From the UHGV virus genome UHGV-0197990: a stretch of 60,272 nt of DNA. The stretch is one strand, 5' to 3'. The stretch comes from a virus. Below are positions 26,589-36,171 of this stretch, in pieces; the stretch's first letter is position 1; the number at the start of each line of letters is the position of its first letter. The position numbers and the translations under genes are program-made. The notes under the pieces were generated by a model. The model was not told the origin of the DNA. It searched no databases and saw only the letters and a list, made by a program, of their open reading frames with translations.

Positions 26589-27229
26589 AATGCTTTTGAT
26601 TTTTGCGAATATTACGATAGCGGTTGCATGGTTTGCGATGGCATGTGAGAATTACGAAGAAAAGAAATGGGGCAGGATGATGATTTCTCTGTATCTCTGC
26701 TTTATAAGTACCGCATCGATGTATTACATTTGTAAGTACTGAGAAAGGATTGAGAGAAGATGAAGAAATTAAGATGGGTTTTGGCAATTGCGTTTCTAAT
26801 TGCCGGAGTTGCCGGAGGACTTTATTTCGGAGGTTATGATCTCCTGTTTAAACCGATTTTTACAGCTTGCATCGCTCTTGGGATGCAGGACAACTTACAG
26901 CAGCGATTATTTGGACAACAATCGTAAAAGTATTTCTCTCAGTGATTGTCATATCGGTAATCATTTTTGCAGGATTTCTGGGATTTGCAATTTCCACGCC
27001 AGAAAAATAATTAAGATATTTACTAATACTTGGTTTTTATATTCGTCCATGTGACGATTCTCCACCTACTAGCGGAAAGCTGAACAAAGGGACGTCACAA
27101 GTCCCGGCAGGTTTGACCGATTCTGAAATCGGTGCCGTCAGAATATCGTTGTTGATTGTAATCTTACGTAATTAAGACTGGTTTTGCCGATGATCGGCAA
27201 GTAATTGAATGACGATTCACCCAGTCGTA

Positions 27230-27278
27230 AGCCACAATACCATAAAGGAATTGGAGGTTCGAATCCTCCTTGTGGCGT
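27230..27278 (+). other. tRNA-like minihelix: 7-bp acceptor-like stem GCCACAA/TTGTGGC enclosing a canonical T-arm (GGAGGttcgaatCCTCC), with no D or anticodon arms
   Basis: Perfect 7-bp complementarity. Canonical GGTTCGAATCC T-loop. Only 15 nt lie between the 5' acceptor strand and the T-stem. Confidence 0.3.
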
Positions 27279-27279
27279 T

Positions 27280-27353
27280 TGCAGATGAGTGGAACGGAAT
27301 ACCACGCAAGAGTCATGATCTTGAAATAGTCGGTTCGACTCCGGCATCTGCTA
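27280..27353 (+). tRNA. tRNA-Met (anticodon CAT, elongator or Ile2-type)
   Basis: D-arm GTGGaacggaataCCAC. Anticodon arm CAAGA-gtCATga-TCTTG. T-arm GTCGGttcgactCCGGC. Acceptor 6 of 7 paired, U1-U72 mismatch. Confidence 0.55.
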
Positions 27354-27486
27354 TTTCTGAGTTTCACGGTTCTCAGAAACACCCCTCATGTACGCGCCCT
27401 ATGTGCAGTAAATATGCCATTTCCTTTAGATTAGTTTTGATTCCCATAAGTTTAAAGTGATTAAAATAATTCAAAAACCGTGAAAT

Positions 27487-27560
27487 GCTATCATAGCTCA
27501 AATGGATAGAGCAGTTGATTACGAATCAACAGGTTTTCGGTTCGAATCCGAACGGTAGCT
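27487..27560 (+). tRNA. tRNA-Arg (anticodon ACG)
   Basis: GCTATCA acceptor. D-arm TAGCTCAAATGGATAGAGC. Anticodon arm GTTGA-ttACGaa-TCAAC. T-arm TTCGGttcgaatCCGAA. Confidence 0.7.
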
Positions 27561-27623
27561 CTCTCCGAGTTTCGGAGAAAAAACTTTTTCATAACTTACT
27601 TTCCTTGCTACAGTGTAGCTGGA

Positions 27624-27703
27624 AGCCGTATAGCTTAATTGGTAAAGCGTTCGTTCTTACCCTACCCGGACGAAAGATTGAGGTTCGACTCCTTATACGG
27701 AAA
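27624..27703 (+). tRNA. aberrant tRNA-like gene (possible pseudo-tRNA): normal D- and T-arms but anticodon region with 7 extra nt (7-bp stem TTCGTTC/GGACGAA and 11-nt loop TTACCCTACCC)
   Basis: TAGCTTAATTGGTAAAGC D-arm and TGAGGttcgactCCTTA T-arm. Acceptor pairs only 5-6 of 7. Confidence 0.3.
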
Positions 27704-28435
27704 TTCAAACATGATTATCTCGGTGAAGAGTGATTTTTCAGTCATGCCGAGATGCAATGGTAACGAGATAGGCTTGTTCGAGATATTGGATAAGCTGATT
27801 CTTTCCACTAGGAGTGATCCTGGTGGTGGAGATGGGAACCATCAACAATGCCTTGTAGTGTATCATCATAGAGAAGTCAAATGCAGACTCCTTGTGGTCG
27901 GCGATCAATAGACGCTTGCAGTGCAAGAACAATCCATTTAGTTCGTGGTGTGAGAGACTACCAACAGCGATGGAAATTCTCAATAAGCTGATTTGCCTTG
28001 AAGCTGAGAAATCAGTGTATAACACAAGAAAGTCGTTAAAGTAGCGGTATGGCAAGTTCTTAATTTTACCAAAATGTTTTAAGTGGATAAAAAAACATTA
28101 AATAAAATATTCTGAAAGAACCGTGAAATTTGTAGGTATCAATCCTATGTGTGCTTATACAGTGGTAGGAAGCCAAGAGTCGCTCTCAGAAGCTCAGACC
28201 TATCATCACAGTGGCAGAATATGACTTTTACCATGATTGAATAAGGGGAAACCCTAATCATGTTTGAACAAAATTCAATCAGTGTTTTAGCTGCGGAGTT
28301 CGCTGAAGCTCGGAAACTAACGTTTTGTTAATAAAATACGTGGTTTATCGATTATATAATAAACTCCAATATTATAAAGAACCGTAGCAGTGCAAGGATT
28401 CCTTACGGCTTTCGAGGTAAATTTCTTGCAGCTAA

Positions 28436-28506
28436 GGGCGTATAGCTTAAAGGTAGAGCACAGGACTTTGACTCCTGGTGTACTGGTTCGATTCCAGTTA
28501 CGCTCG
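28436..28506 (+). tRNA. tRNA-Gln (anticodon TTG)
   Basis: GGGCGTA acceptor with one G-U pair. D-arm GCTTaaaggtaGAGC. Anticodon arm CAGGA-ctTTGac-TCCTG. T-arm ACTGGttcgattCCAGT. Confidence 0.7.
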
Positions 28507-28549
28507 TTTGAAATAATTGGAAATGTGAAGAGAAGAAAGGAGAGCCCCG

Positions 28550-28741
28550 ATGGGAAGAAAAATTAAGGTGCTTGACAGAGACAATTTTGTCGATGCTATC
28601 AATGATTATTGCAGCCATAAAATTACAATGGATGAAGCGGCAAAGAAAATGGGTGTCTGTACTCCGACATTCCGCAAATATCTCAGAATGGTTTGGATGG
28701 GAGAACCGCTGCCGGAAGAACTGTTCGAAAGGAAGAAATAG
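28550..28741 (+). CDS. HTH DNA-binding protein (possible small terminase-like)
   Basis: 63 aa. ITMDEAAKKMGVCTPTFRKYL is a helix-turn-helix. Sits at the head of the packaging module. RBS AAAGGAGAG. Confidence 0.4.
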   Translation: MGRKIKVLDRDNFVDAINDYCSHKITMDEAAKKMGVCTPTFRKYLRMVWMGEPLPEELFERKK

Positions 28742-28743
28742 TT

Positions 28744-28935
28744 ATGAATATTGAAAAGTGGAAAGAAAAATCAGAAAAATCCTTGAGCGAAGTTGAAAAA
28801 GAAGCAAAAATTCTTTTAGATCGCATTGAAAAAGCGAAGAAATGTCTTGAAAAGGTCAATGACAGACAGGATGCAAATAGATTCTTTGAAGAAAACGACA
28901 TTGAGCATGGATTTAAGCATATATGTCTGTTTTAG
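28744..28935 (+). CDS. hypothetical coiled-coil protein
   Basis: ATG 28744 after AAGGAAG. Confidence 0.4.
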   Translation: MNIEKWKEKSEKSLSEVEKEAKILLDRIEKAKKCLEKVNDRQDANRFFEENDIEHGFKHICLF

Positions 28936-28944
28936 GTGATGAAA

Positions 28945-29103
28945 ATGAACGATGAAATGAGAAAAAATGAAGTAAAACGCGTGATTACTTGCAAAATGGA
29001 AGATATTGCCAGTTTGGTGGCTAATTCCGGTTATACAGTGACAATCAGACCGACAAAAGACGGGGCGAAGATTACAAGTCACAAAGAAAAGGTTGTGAAA
29101 TAA
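28945..29103 (+). CDS. small hypothetical protein (52 aa)
   Basis: RBS AGGTGA. Below the track cutoff. Confidence 0.35.
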   Translation: MNDEMRKNEVKRVITCKMEDIASLVANSGYTVTIRPTKDGAKITSHKEKVVK

Positions 29104-29366
29104 TGGATATCAGAATCGAAAGTGATGGAACAATTACAAAGGTTTTTGTTGATGGAAAACAGATTCAAAAAGCGACAATGGCTGATTTTATATTCCATGC
29201 GGAACCGGGAGAAGTTTATTGTTCTGTTGAAAGAGTAAAGACGGATGACAAGGGAGTTCCGATAATCAGCAAGAAAGATTGGAGCATCGTGAAAGAGACA
29301 GAAGTTCTGATTAATACATTGAAAGATGACTTGGTGATTGGAAAAGATCAGATTAATGAAAATTAA
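29103..29366 (+). CDS. hypothetical protein
   Basis: 87 aa, coupled start. Confidence 0.45.
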   Translation: MDIRIESDGTITKVFVDGKQIQKATMADFIFHAEPGEVYCSVERVKTDDKGVPIISKKDWSIVKETEVLINTLKDDLVIGKDQINEN

Positions 29367-29457
29367 ATATTAACAGCTCATGCCCGGATGCGGACAGGGA
29401 ACAGGGGAGTGCTCCTTAACTTTTTTATTTTAAGAGTTAGGGGGCACTTTTTGTGTT

Positions 29458-31194
29458 ATGGCGAGCGATTATTTGATTAAAACCGTAAAAGGGTATGAAA
29501 ATTACATAGAGCGTAAAGGGATTGACGAACAGGTTCTAGATGCGTACAGAGAAGCCAGCAAAGTTGCCCTGTTTAATAACAAAGATAACGATGGATTGAA
29601 AATTTCCGGAAGAGCAAGACAGCTGTATGAGCAGTTTATAATGAACAGCACTGGCGGTACTTCATGGGATTTGGAAAAATATGCATTTGAGAACGGGACA
29701 TATTACCAAATACTTGATGATTTCTACGATCTTATTTTAGCAGAAGCAAAAAACAAGTGCGTTGATAGCTACTTCCGGTACATCGAGAAGAAAAGAGAAC
29801 CAAAAGAGCGATTTTACATGCCTAGAAGAAAGCAATTTCTGAAAATCGGTCTTGTAGATGGCTTACAAGGAATGCTTGATGACAAGTACGATATGCTCTT
29901 GATTTCCCTCATACCCGGCGCTGGGAAAACTTCAATAGAGAAATTTTTCCTCAGCGGAGTCATTGGATGGTACCCAAAAGACTTCAATTTGTTCTATTCG
30001 CATAGCAGCGACATCACAAGAATGTTCTATGATGGCGAACTGGATATTGTAAAGAATCTAGGGGAGTATTGCTGGCATGATATATTTCCGAATTTGGCTG
30101 TTTCTGGAGAAAATGCGAAGATGGAGCAGTTCAATGTTGGAAAATACAAACCGTTCCCATCTGTTCAGTGCACATCTGTTGGTAGTAAGAATGCCGGAAA
30201 AGTACGTGCTTCTAAGTTTCTACTTGTTGATGATATGATCGGTGGAATCGAAGAGGCGTTAAACAGGAATATTCTTGATAAATTGTGGGACAAATACGCC
30301 GTAGATGCCCGTCAGAGAAAGATTCAGGACACAGACGGGAATAACTGCAAGGAAATTCATATAGCGACTAGATGGAGCGTACACGATGTAATAGGACGTA
30401 TTCAAAAGATGTATGAGGGTAATAACCGTGTAAAAACAATTGCGGTGCCAGACATTGATCCGAAAACAGGAAAAAGCAACTTTGATTATGAGTATAGCGG
30501 TTTTACTGTGGAATTCTTTGAAGACCAGCAATTACTCATGGACGATGTGTCATACAGATGTCTTTACAAACAGGAGCCAATTGAAAGAGAAGGACTTCTG
30601 TTCCCAGAAGAAAAGACAAGGCGGTATCTGAATTTGCCACATGGAGCACCGGAAATCATCACTGCTCAATGTGATACAAAAGGAAAAGGAACGGACTATT
30701 TTGTGCTTCCAGTCTTGCAGAAGTACGGAGAAGACTATTATTGTGTTGATTGCGTTTGCGATAATACAGCAGATTACGAATTACAGTATGAGAATGCATC
30801 AAACATCATTGTTGATAATCAGGTTCAAGAGTGTGAATTTGAGCGAAATGCCGGAGGAGACAGAGTAGCACTGGAAGTTAATAAGCGAGTAGAGCAAAAA
30901 GGATGGATATGCAATATTACGGATACTCCTACGGAAACGAACAAAGAAGCAAGAATCTATCAGTGCTCAAGCTGGATTTTACAGCACGTAATATTTAAGG
31001 ATTCTTCACTTTATACGCCAAAAGAGCCGTATGGAGTAATGATGAGTCTTTTGACAAGATATTCTGTTTCAGATAAAAAGCAGCTTGACGATGTACCGGA
31101 CGTTTTTTCAAACTTCGCTATAAGAATGACGGCAGGGACAAGAGAAGCAAAAGTCGAAGCGGTACACAATCCGTTTAGAGGAGGTTATAGATAA
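29458..31194 (+). CDS. terL: terminase large subunit
   Basis: 578 aa. Walker A-like ISLIPGAGKTS, ATPase and nuclease domains. Classical position before the portal. Confidence 0.9.
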   Translation: MASDYLIKTVKGYENYIERKGIDEQVLDAYREASKVALFNNKDNDGLKISGRARQLYEQFIMNSTGGTSWDLEKYAFENGTYYQILDDFYDLILAEAKNKCVDSYFRYIEKKREPKERFYMPRRKQFLKIGLVDGLQGMLDDKYDMLLISLIPGAGKTSIEKFFLSGVIGWYPKDFNLFYSHSSDITRMFYDGELDIVKNLGEYCWHDIFPNLAVSGENAKMEQFNVGKYKPFPSVQCTSVGSKNAGKVRASKFLLVDDMIGGIEEALNRNILDKLWDKYAVDARQRKIQDTDGNNCKEIHIATRWSVHDVIGRIQKMYEGNNRVKTIAVPDIDPKTGKSNFDYEYSGFTVEFFEDQQLLMDDVSYRCLYKQEPIEREGLLFPEEKTRRYLNLPHGAPEIITAQCDTKGKGTDYFVLPVLQKYGEDYYCVDCVCDNTADYELQYENASNIIVDNQVQECEFERNAGGDRVALEVNKRVEQKGWICNITDTPTETNKEARIYQCSSWILQHVIFKDSSLYTPKEPYGVMMSLLTRYSVSDKKQLDDVPDVFSNFAIRMTAGTREAKVEAVHNPFRGGYR

Positions 31195-31616
31195 TGGATA
31201 CAAAAACATATTTAGGACAGATTTCAAAGTTAAATTTCAGAATCAAGAACAAAATGGAAGAAATTAATCAGTTGAGAGATATGGCTTGTTCTATTTCTGT
31301 GTCTCCAAAAGAGGTTAATGTTCAGAGCAGCGGAGAACCTGACAAAATGGGAAGTCTTGTTTCTAAAATTGCGGATGCAGAAGTAGAGCTTGCGGATTCT
31401 GTTGAACGGTCACTGCAAAAGAAGAAAGAAATTGCTCAACAGATTGAAATGATTCCAAATGCAAATCAGTACAGAATCTTATACAACAGATATGTATTAT
31501 GCAAAGATTGGAATGTTATTAGTGTGGAAATGGGATGCACTTTCAGAAATGCCATGTCAATTCACGGTAGAGCATTACAAGAGTTTGAGAAGCTTTTCGG
31601 CTCTTATTATCTGTAA
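31194..31616 (+). CDS. DUF1492-like sigma-r4-type putative transcriptional regulator
   Basis: 140 aa. C-terminal YRILYNRYVLCKDWNVISVEMGCTFRNAMSIHGRALQEF is a sigma-70 r4-like HTH. Confidence 0.45.
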   Translation: MDTKTYLGQISKLNFRIKNKMEEINQLRDMACSISVSPKEVNVQSSGEPDKMGSLVSKIADAEVELADSVERSLQKKKEIAQQIEMIPNANQYRILYNRYVLCKDWNVISVEMGCTFRNAMSIHGRALQEFEKLFGSYYL

Positions 31617-31621
31617 TCACT

Positions 31622-31665
31622 TCACATAATTTCATATAATTTCACATCTTTTCACTATTTTTCCA
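31622..31665. repeat. phased direct repeats TTTCA(C/T)A, 4-5 copies at about 10-11 bp spacing
   Basis: acTTCACAtaaTTTCATAtaaTTTCACAtctTTTCACtaTTTTTCC. Confidence 0.4.
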
Positions 31666-31744
31666 AATACTTGACATGATATAATAATAATCGAAGAAAT
31701 ACAACTTGAGGATACATAATAATTCTCATAATCCTTTCTTAAAG

Positions 31745-31786
31745 ATGCACTTGGAATGACGAACCAGGTGCATTTTTTATTGGTGA
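31745..31786 (+). terminator. hairpin plus T-run (terminator/attenuator) just upstream of gene 31792
   Basis: GCACTTGGaatgacgaaCCAGGTGC followed by ATTTTTTATT. Confidence 0.5.
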
Positions 31787-31791
31787 AAAAC

Positions 31792-31989
31792 ATGGTAAAA
31801 GAACAAACAATCTATTGTCCGAAGTGTAACAGGAAAGTTGGCACTTATGACGGAAAAGGAAAAATCGACAAAGTCTGTCGATGCAAGAAGTGTAACAAAA
31901 AGATTATTTTCAAAGTAGCAACGGGAGAAACAGTCAGGAAGTCGCTGCCAATTAGAAATTGCAGTAGCGGAATGACTTTTTTGATTTAA
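31792..31989 (+). CDS. zinc-ribbon protein
   Basis: CPKCNRK...CRCKKCNKK. ATG 31792. Tracked ATG 31756 lies inside the hairpin. Confidence 0.45.
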   Translation: MVKEQTIYCPKCNRKVGTYDGKGKIDKVCRCKKCNKKIIFKVATGETVRKSLPIRNCSSGMTFLI

Positions 31990-31998
31990 GGTGAAGAA

Positions 31999-33468
31999 AT
32001 GAACAAGAATACTCTACAAGACCTTGTAAAAGGCAAATACGGAAGAAAAATTGCATATGCGAATGTCGAAGAGGTTGATCAAAGCAATATTTTGGAAGTT
32101 GTAGGGGAAACACTTGGAATCTTTTACTTTAACAAACAAGTTACTAAATATTTGTGGGACTACTACAAAGGAGATCAACCGATTCTGTACCGTACAAAGA
32201 CGATCAGAGATGATGTGGTAAACAAAGTAGTAGAAAATCACGCTTATGAAGCAGTTCAGTTTAAAGTTGGACAGTCCTATGGAGAACCGTTGCAGTGCGT
32301 GAGTATTGTAAAGGAAAATATCAGTGAATATGTTGACGTGTTCAATAATTATTTGAGACGCGCTCATAAACATGCTAGAAATATCAGAGCTGGTGAGTGG
32401 CAGTCGGCAACTGGAACAGCTTTTTTAGCTGCTCAGTTTGAAAAACCTGGAGAAAAAATGCCGTTCAGAATTACAGTTCCAACTCCCATGAATACTTACA
32501 TCATTTATTCATCTATTACGGAAGAACCGCTTGTTTCCGTTCAAGAATTAAAGGACTTGAACGGTGAATGGTATAAGTCATGCCACACGAAAACGAACCA
32601 ATGCATTATCAAAGACGGAAAAGTTGAACAATGGGGTATACATGCGTTTGGTGGAATCCCTATTGTTGAATACCCAAACAATTTTGAGAGGATTTCTGAT
32701 ATTGAGCTTGTAGCATCCATGTTTGATGCAATTAACAATATGCAGTCAAACAGAATGGACAGCATTGAACAGTTTGTTAGTGCTTGGGTGAAATTTGTAA
32801 ACTGTACAGTTGATCATGAAACATTCCAACAGATGAAAATGGAAGGTGCTCTTGTTGTTAAATCAAACAATGGTACTGACAATAAGGCTGATGTAGATAT
32901 TATGACACAGGAGCTAAATCAAACTCAGTCACAGGTTGCAAAGCAAGACCTGTTGGATAATATCCTACAGATTCTTGCCATTCCTAAACTTGAGGGAAAC
33001 ACAGGTGGTGACACTCAAGGGGCGGTACAACTCCGTAACGGATGGGATATGGCTAAGACGAGAGGAAAACTGAAAGACCCGATTATTCAAGAGTCAGAAC
33101 AAAGACTGAATGAAGTTATCTTGAATATTATTCGTGTAAGAAAAGGAAAAAATGAATGTCCTATTGATACGAGCCAGTTTGAAGTGATTATTAATCACAG
33201 CCCTATGGATAATATGCTAGTAAAGGCACAGTTTTTGGACTACTTGTTGAAAGATGGCACTCATCCGAAACTTGCATATGAGCTTAGCACATTATTCCCG
33301 GATAGTGAAAAAGCTTACATTCTTTCAAAGCCTTATCTGGATGTACTTTACAAGACTTCTGATGATGAAAATAAGCAAAATCAGATTGACGATAACGTTA
33401 ATCAGAATAAAGAACAGGGGAACAATCAGAATTCAAATGGCAACAAAACGCCGGAGGTAGAAGAATGA
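31999..33468 (+). CDS. portal protein (SPP1 gp6-like)
   Basis: 489 aa. Size, position after terL and conserved portal core. Confidence 0.85.
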   Translation: MNKNTLQDLVKGKYGRKIAYANVEEVDQSNILEVVGETLGIFYFNKQVTKYLWDYYKGDQPILYRTKTIRDDVVNKVVENHAYEAVQFKVGQSYGEPLQCVSIVKENISEYVDVFNNYLRRAHKHARNIRAGEWQSATGTAFLAAQFEKPGEKMPFRITVPTPMNTYIIYSSITEEPLVSVQELKDLNGEWYKSCHTKTNQCIIKDGKVEQWGIHAFGGIPIVEYPNNFERISDIELVASMFDAINNMQSNRMDSIEQFVSAWVKFVNCTVDHETFQQMKMEGALVVKSNNGTDNKADVDIMTQELNQTQSQVAKQDLLDNILQILAIPKLEGNTGGDTQGAVQLRNGWDMAKTRGKLKDPIIQESEQRLNEVILNIIRVRKGKNECPIDTSQFEVIINHSPMDNMLVKAQFLDYLLKDGTHPKLAYELSTLFPDSEKAYILSKPYLDVLYKTSDDENKQNQIDDNVNQNKEQGNNQNSNGNKTPEVEE

Positions 33469-33707
33469 CATATGATTACACAGTAAAACAAGACGGACAG
33501 ACGTATCCTCCGGGAACAGATGTGCCGGATATGGGGAGCATTGTTTGTACCGAAGCATCTGGAAATGTTAGAAGCTATGAAGCTCAGTCAAAAGATGTTG
33601 ATAAGCTCCCGACTTATGTAGATGCAGGAAGTTCCTGTTTGATGTTAGACACATCGGAATTATACAAATTCAACTCTGAGACAAAGAGTTGGCAGAAATT
33701 AGGATAG
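33465..33707 (+). CDS. hypothetical head-module protein
   Basis: 80 aa, coupled. Confidence 0.4.
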   Translation: MTYDYTVKQDGQTYPPGTDVPDMGSIVCTEASGNVRSYEAQSKDVDKLPTYVDAGSSCLMLDTSELYKFNSETKSWQKLG

Positions 33708-33843
33708 TAGAAATAAGCCAGTCATTGAGAAATCAGTGGTTGGCTTTTTCTATATAAATTTGCATCCATGCGTCAAATGGAAAAAGAAAAAATCCATGCT
33801 GATAGAACAGCGAAATCAAATGTAGATCACGGAGGTAATAACT

Positions 33844-34419
33844 ATGACAAGAGAAGAAGCAAAACAGAATTTGGTTGCATTAGGAATTGAAGAGCCGACA
33901 GATGCACAGGTCACTAATTATTTGAATCAGTTTCATAATAACAGACCAGCTCCGGAACCGAACCCAAATCCAGCACCAAAGCCGGAACCTCAGCCACAGC
34001 CTACACCGGCACCAGTTCCAAATCCACAGCAGAACCAAAATCCGGCACCACAGAACGATGACGAGATTGAGAAGCTGAGAAAACAGATTGATGCATTGCA
34101 GAAAGAGAATATCAAGAAAGATATTCGTGCTTATGCTGCTGAAAAAGGACTGACGGGTGAACAGGCAGAGAATGTTCTTGCTGGTTTTCAAGACAATTAC
34201 GATCTTGCAAAGACAGCCATTGATTCCATGTCACAGATTATCGCCGATAAAGAAACAGCCGCCGCGCAGGCGAAAGAACAAGAAATCGCTAACGGTTCAA
34301 TTAATCCGGGCGGTGGAAAACAAGATGATAAGCCGGAAGATGTGAAAAATGCAGAATCTATTGTTTTCGGCAACAAACAGAGTGAGCAGTCTGTAAAAGA
34401 CTACTACGTTTTGAAATAA
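33844..34419 (+). CDS. scaffolding protein
   Basis: 191 aa. Pro-rich linker (PAPEPNPNPAPKPEPQPQP) then coiled-coil. Positioned between portal and capsid. Confidence 0.55.
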   Translation: MTREEAKQNLVALGIEEPTDAQVTNYLNQFHNNRPAPEPNPNPAPKPEPQPQPTPAPVPNPQQNQNPAPQNDDEIEKLRKQIDALQKENIKKDIRAYAAEKGLTGEQAENVLAGFQDNYDLAKTAIDSMSQIIADKETAAAQAKEQEIANGSINPGGGKQDDKPEDVKNAESIVFGNKQSEQSVKDYYVLK

Positions 34420-34433
34420 GGAGGAATTAAGCA

Positions 34434-34778
34434 ATGGGTAAACCAATTGTAAGAGATTTTACACAAGGTAAGGGAATTCTGAAGTTCTTCCCGTATGAGG
34501 GAGCTGCTTGCGTAGTACAGCAGTCAATGGTATCTTCGGCAGATGACAACGGAATGAAAATTGTAAAAGCTGGAACACCGTATCCGTCCAATGATGCTGA
34601 ATGCCTTGGATATCTTCTTGAGGACGTTGATGTTACACAGGGAGATGCACCGGGAACATATGTATATCAGGGAACGATTGATTGGGAAAAAGTAACAGGC
34701 CTTTCAATTGCAGATGCAGCAAGAAAAGCGACTCCGAGAGTTACTTTTTACGGAGCACCAAAGATTGCAGAAGGTTAA
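34434..34778 (+). CDS. head decoration protein (lambda gpD-like)
   Basis: 114 aa immediately before a gpE-like capsid gene. Confidence 0.45.
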   Translation: MGKPIVRDFTQGKGILKFFPYEGAACVVQQSMVSSADDNGMKIVKAGTPYPSNDAECLGYLLEDVDVTQGDAPGTYVYQGTIDWEKVTGLSIADAARKATPRVTFYGAPKIAEG

Positions 34779-34797
34779 TTAAGGAGGAATAACAGAC

Positions 34798-35886
34798 ATG
34801 GCATTACCATTAAGTCAAGCATTTACAGCGAGAAGCCTTGGGGTTATGTGGGATAACTACAAAGCGTCTCTTGCACTTCCACCGTATCTTGGAAGACAGA
34901 AATTTGGAACAACAAAACAGGATTCACTGGAAATGAGATATATCCTTGGTGAAAATTCTCAGCCAATCTCTCTGAAAGCATCCAGCTTTGATGCACAGGC
35001 AGAATTAAGAGATGTTGGTGGATTCCAGGATATCCAAAACGAAATGCCGTTCTACAGAGAGTCCTACATGGTAACAGAAAAAGAGGAGCAGCAGTATGCG
35101 AACTATCAGTCTGCTGAAAACTCAAATCTTGCAAATCAAGTACTCAGACAGATCAGCAAGAAACCTATGAATCTGATTCAAGGAGCGATGGTAGTTCCTG
35201 AGAGACAGATTTGGCAGTTGCTTGCTCCGTCAGATGGTGTTCCGAAAGTTACTGTTAAAATCAAAGACAAGACATACACAATTGATTACACAACAGACAA
35301 TGGAGCAAAGCACAAGGCAGATCACTTCGTTGAAATTCAAGGCACATCTGATAAATGGAATGTTCCGGCAACAGCAACACCACTTCAAGACTTGATCGAC
35401 ACAAGACGTGATTTCGCAAAGAAGACAGGATATTCTCTGACAAGATTCTCTATGAATACAGAGACATTTGAGATGATTCTGAAAGCAGAAGACACAAAGA
35501 AACAGGTACTCGGAATTACTGCTTACAACGGCGGTATCAGGGTAAGACAGGCGGATGTTCTTTCTTATCTGAGAGAGTACGGAATCGAAATCGAGGTATA
35601 TGACAAGATGTATGTTGATGAATCTGGAACAACACAGTACTTCATCCCAACAAACATTATCTCTTGTCAGTCAGCAGGTGTATACCTTGGAGACTATGTA
35701 TTCGGAAGAACACCGGAAGAGAGAAGCGGAGACCTCGCTGGAGGAAATCTGCAACTTGTTGAAACTGGTATTTCTGTCTACACATATGCAACAGAGCATC
35801 CAATCAATACTCATTGCGTAGTATCCATGATTGGTCTTCCATCATTTGAAGGAATGAACAGCGTTGTTGTTATGAAAGTAGCGTAA
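34798..35886 (+). CDS. major capsid protein (lambda gpE-like family)
   Basis: 362 aa. RBS AAGGAGG. Size and synteny. Confidence 0.8.
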   Translation: MALPLSQAFTARSLGVMWDNYKASLALPPYLGRQKFGTTKQDSLEMRYILGENSQPISLKASSFDAQAELRDVGGFQDIQNEMPFYRESYMVTEKEEQQYANYQSAENSNLANQVLRQISKKPMNLIQGAMVVPERQIWQLLAPSDGVPKVTVKIKDKTYTIDYTTDNGAKHKADHFVEIQGTSDKWNVPATATPLQDLIDTRRDFAKKTGYSLTRFSMNTETFEMILKAEDTKKQVLGITAYNGGIRVRQADVLSYLREYGIEIEVYDKMYVDESGTTQYFIPTNIISCQSAGVYLGDYVFGRTPEERSGDLAGGNLQLVETGISVYTYATEHPINTHCVVSMIGLPSFEGMNSVVVMKVA

Positions 35887-35897
35887 GAGGTGATTGG

Positions 35898-36155
35898 ATG
35901 CTTGCGAAGAACATTATCAAAATGAACGGCAAGTGGTACAAAGCAGGAGAAGAAGTCCCGGAAGAAACTTCGGGGCAGGAATCCTCTGATGAGGAAATAC
36001 AGATGCCGGAAGTGTTTAAGTATAAGAAAACAGACATCAACAGAATGAGCACTGCTGATTTGAAAGAATTGGCAAGAGAACATGAAGTATTAAATGTTGA
36101 CGATATGACTGGGCAAGATTTGAAAGAATACTTTATTACAAGGTTTAATCTGTAG
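35898..36155 (+). CDS. SAP/Rho-N-like domain protein
   Basis: C-terminus LKELAREHEVLNVDDMTGQDLKEYF. Confidence 0.4.
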   Translation: MLAKNIIKMNGKWYKAGEEVPEETSGQESSDEEIQMPEVFKYKKTDINRMSTADLKELAREHEVLNVDDMTGQDLKEYFITRFNL

Positions 36156-36171
36156 ATCGTGAGGTGCAGCT

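Noticed and set aside
26577-26930. Small hydrophobic ORFs (26577, 26760, 26800)
   Set aside because: Frames are inconsistent and mutually overlapping. There may be frameshifted remnants. Not confidently callable.
27138-27733. Several 70-90 aa ORFs on both strands (27138, 27164, 27209, 27515)
   Set aside because: They overlap tRNA genes and tRNA-like hairpins. They are spurious.
27738-28055. 105-aa minus-strand ORF
   Set aside because: It has only a TTG start with no RBS, in a low-complexity non-coding tract between tRNAs. It is probably not expressed.
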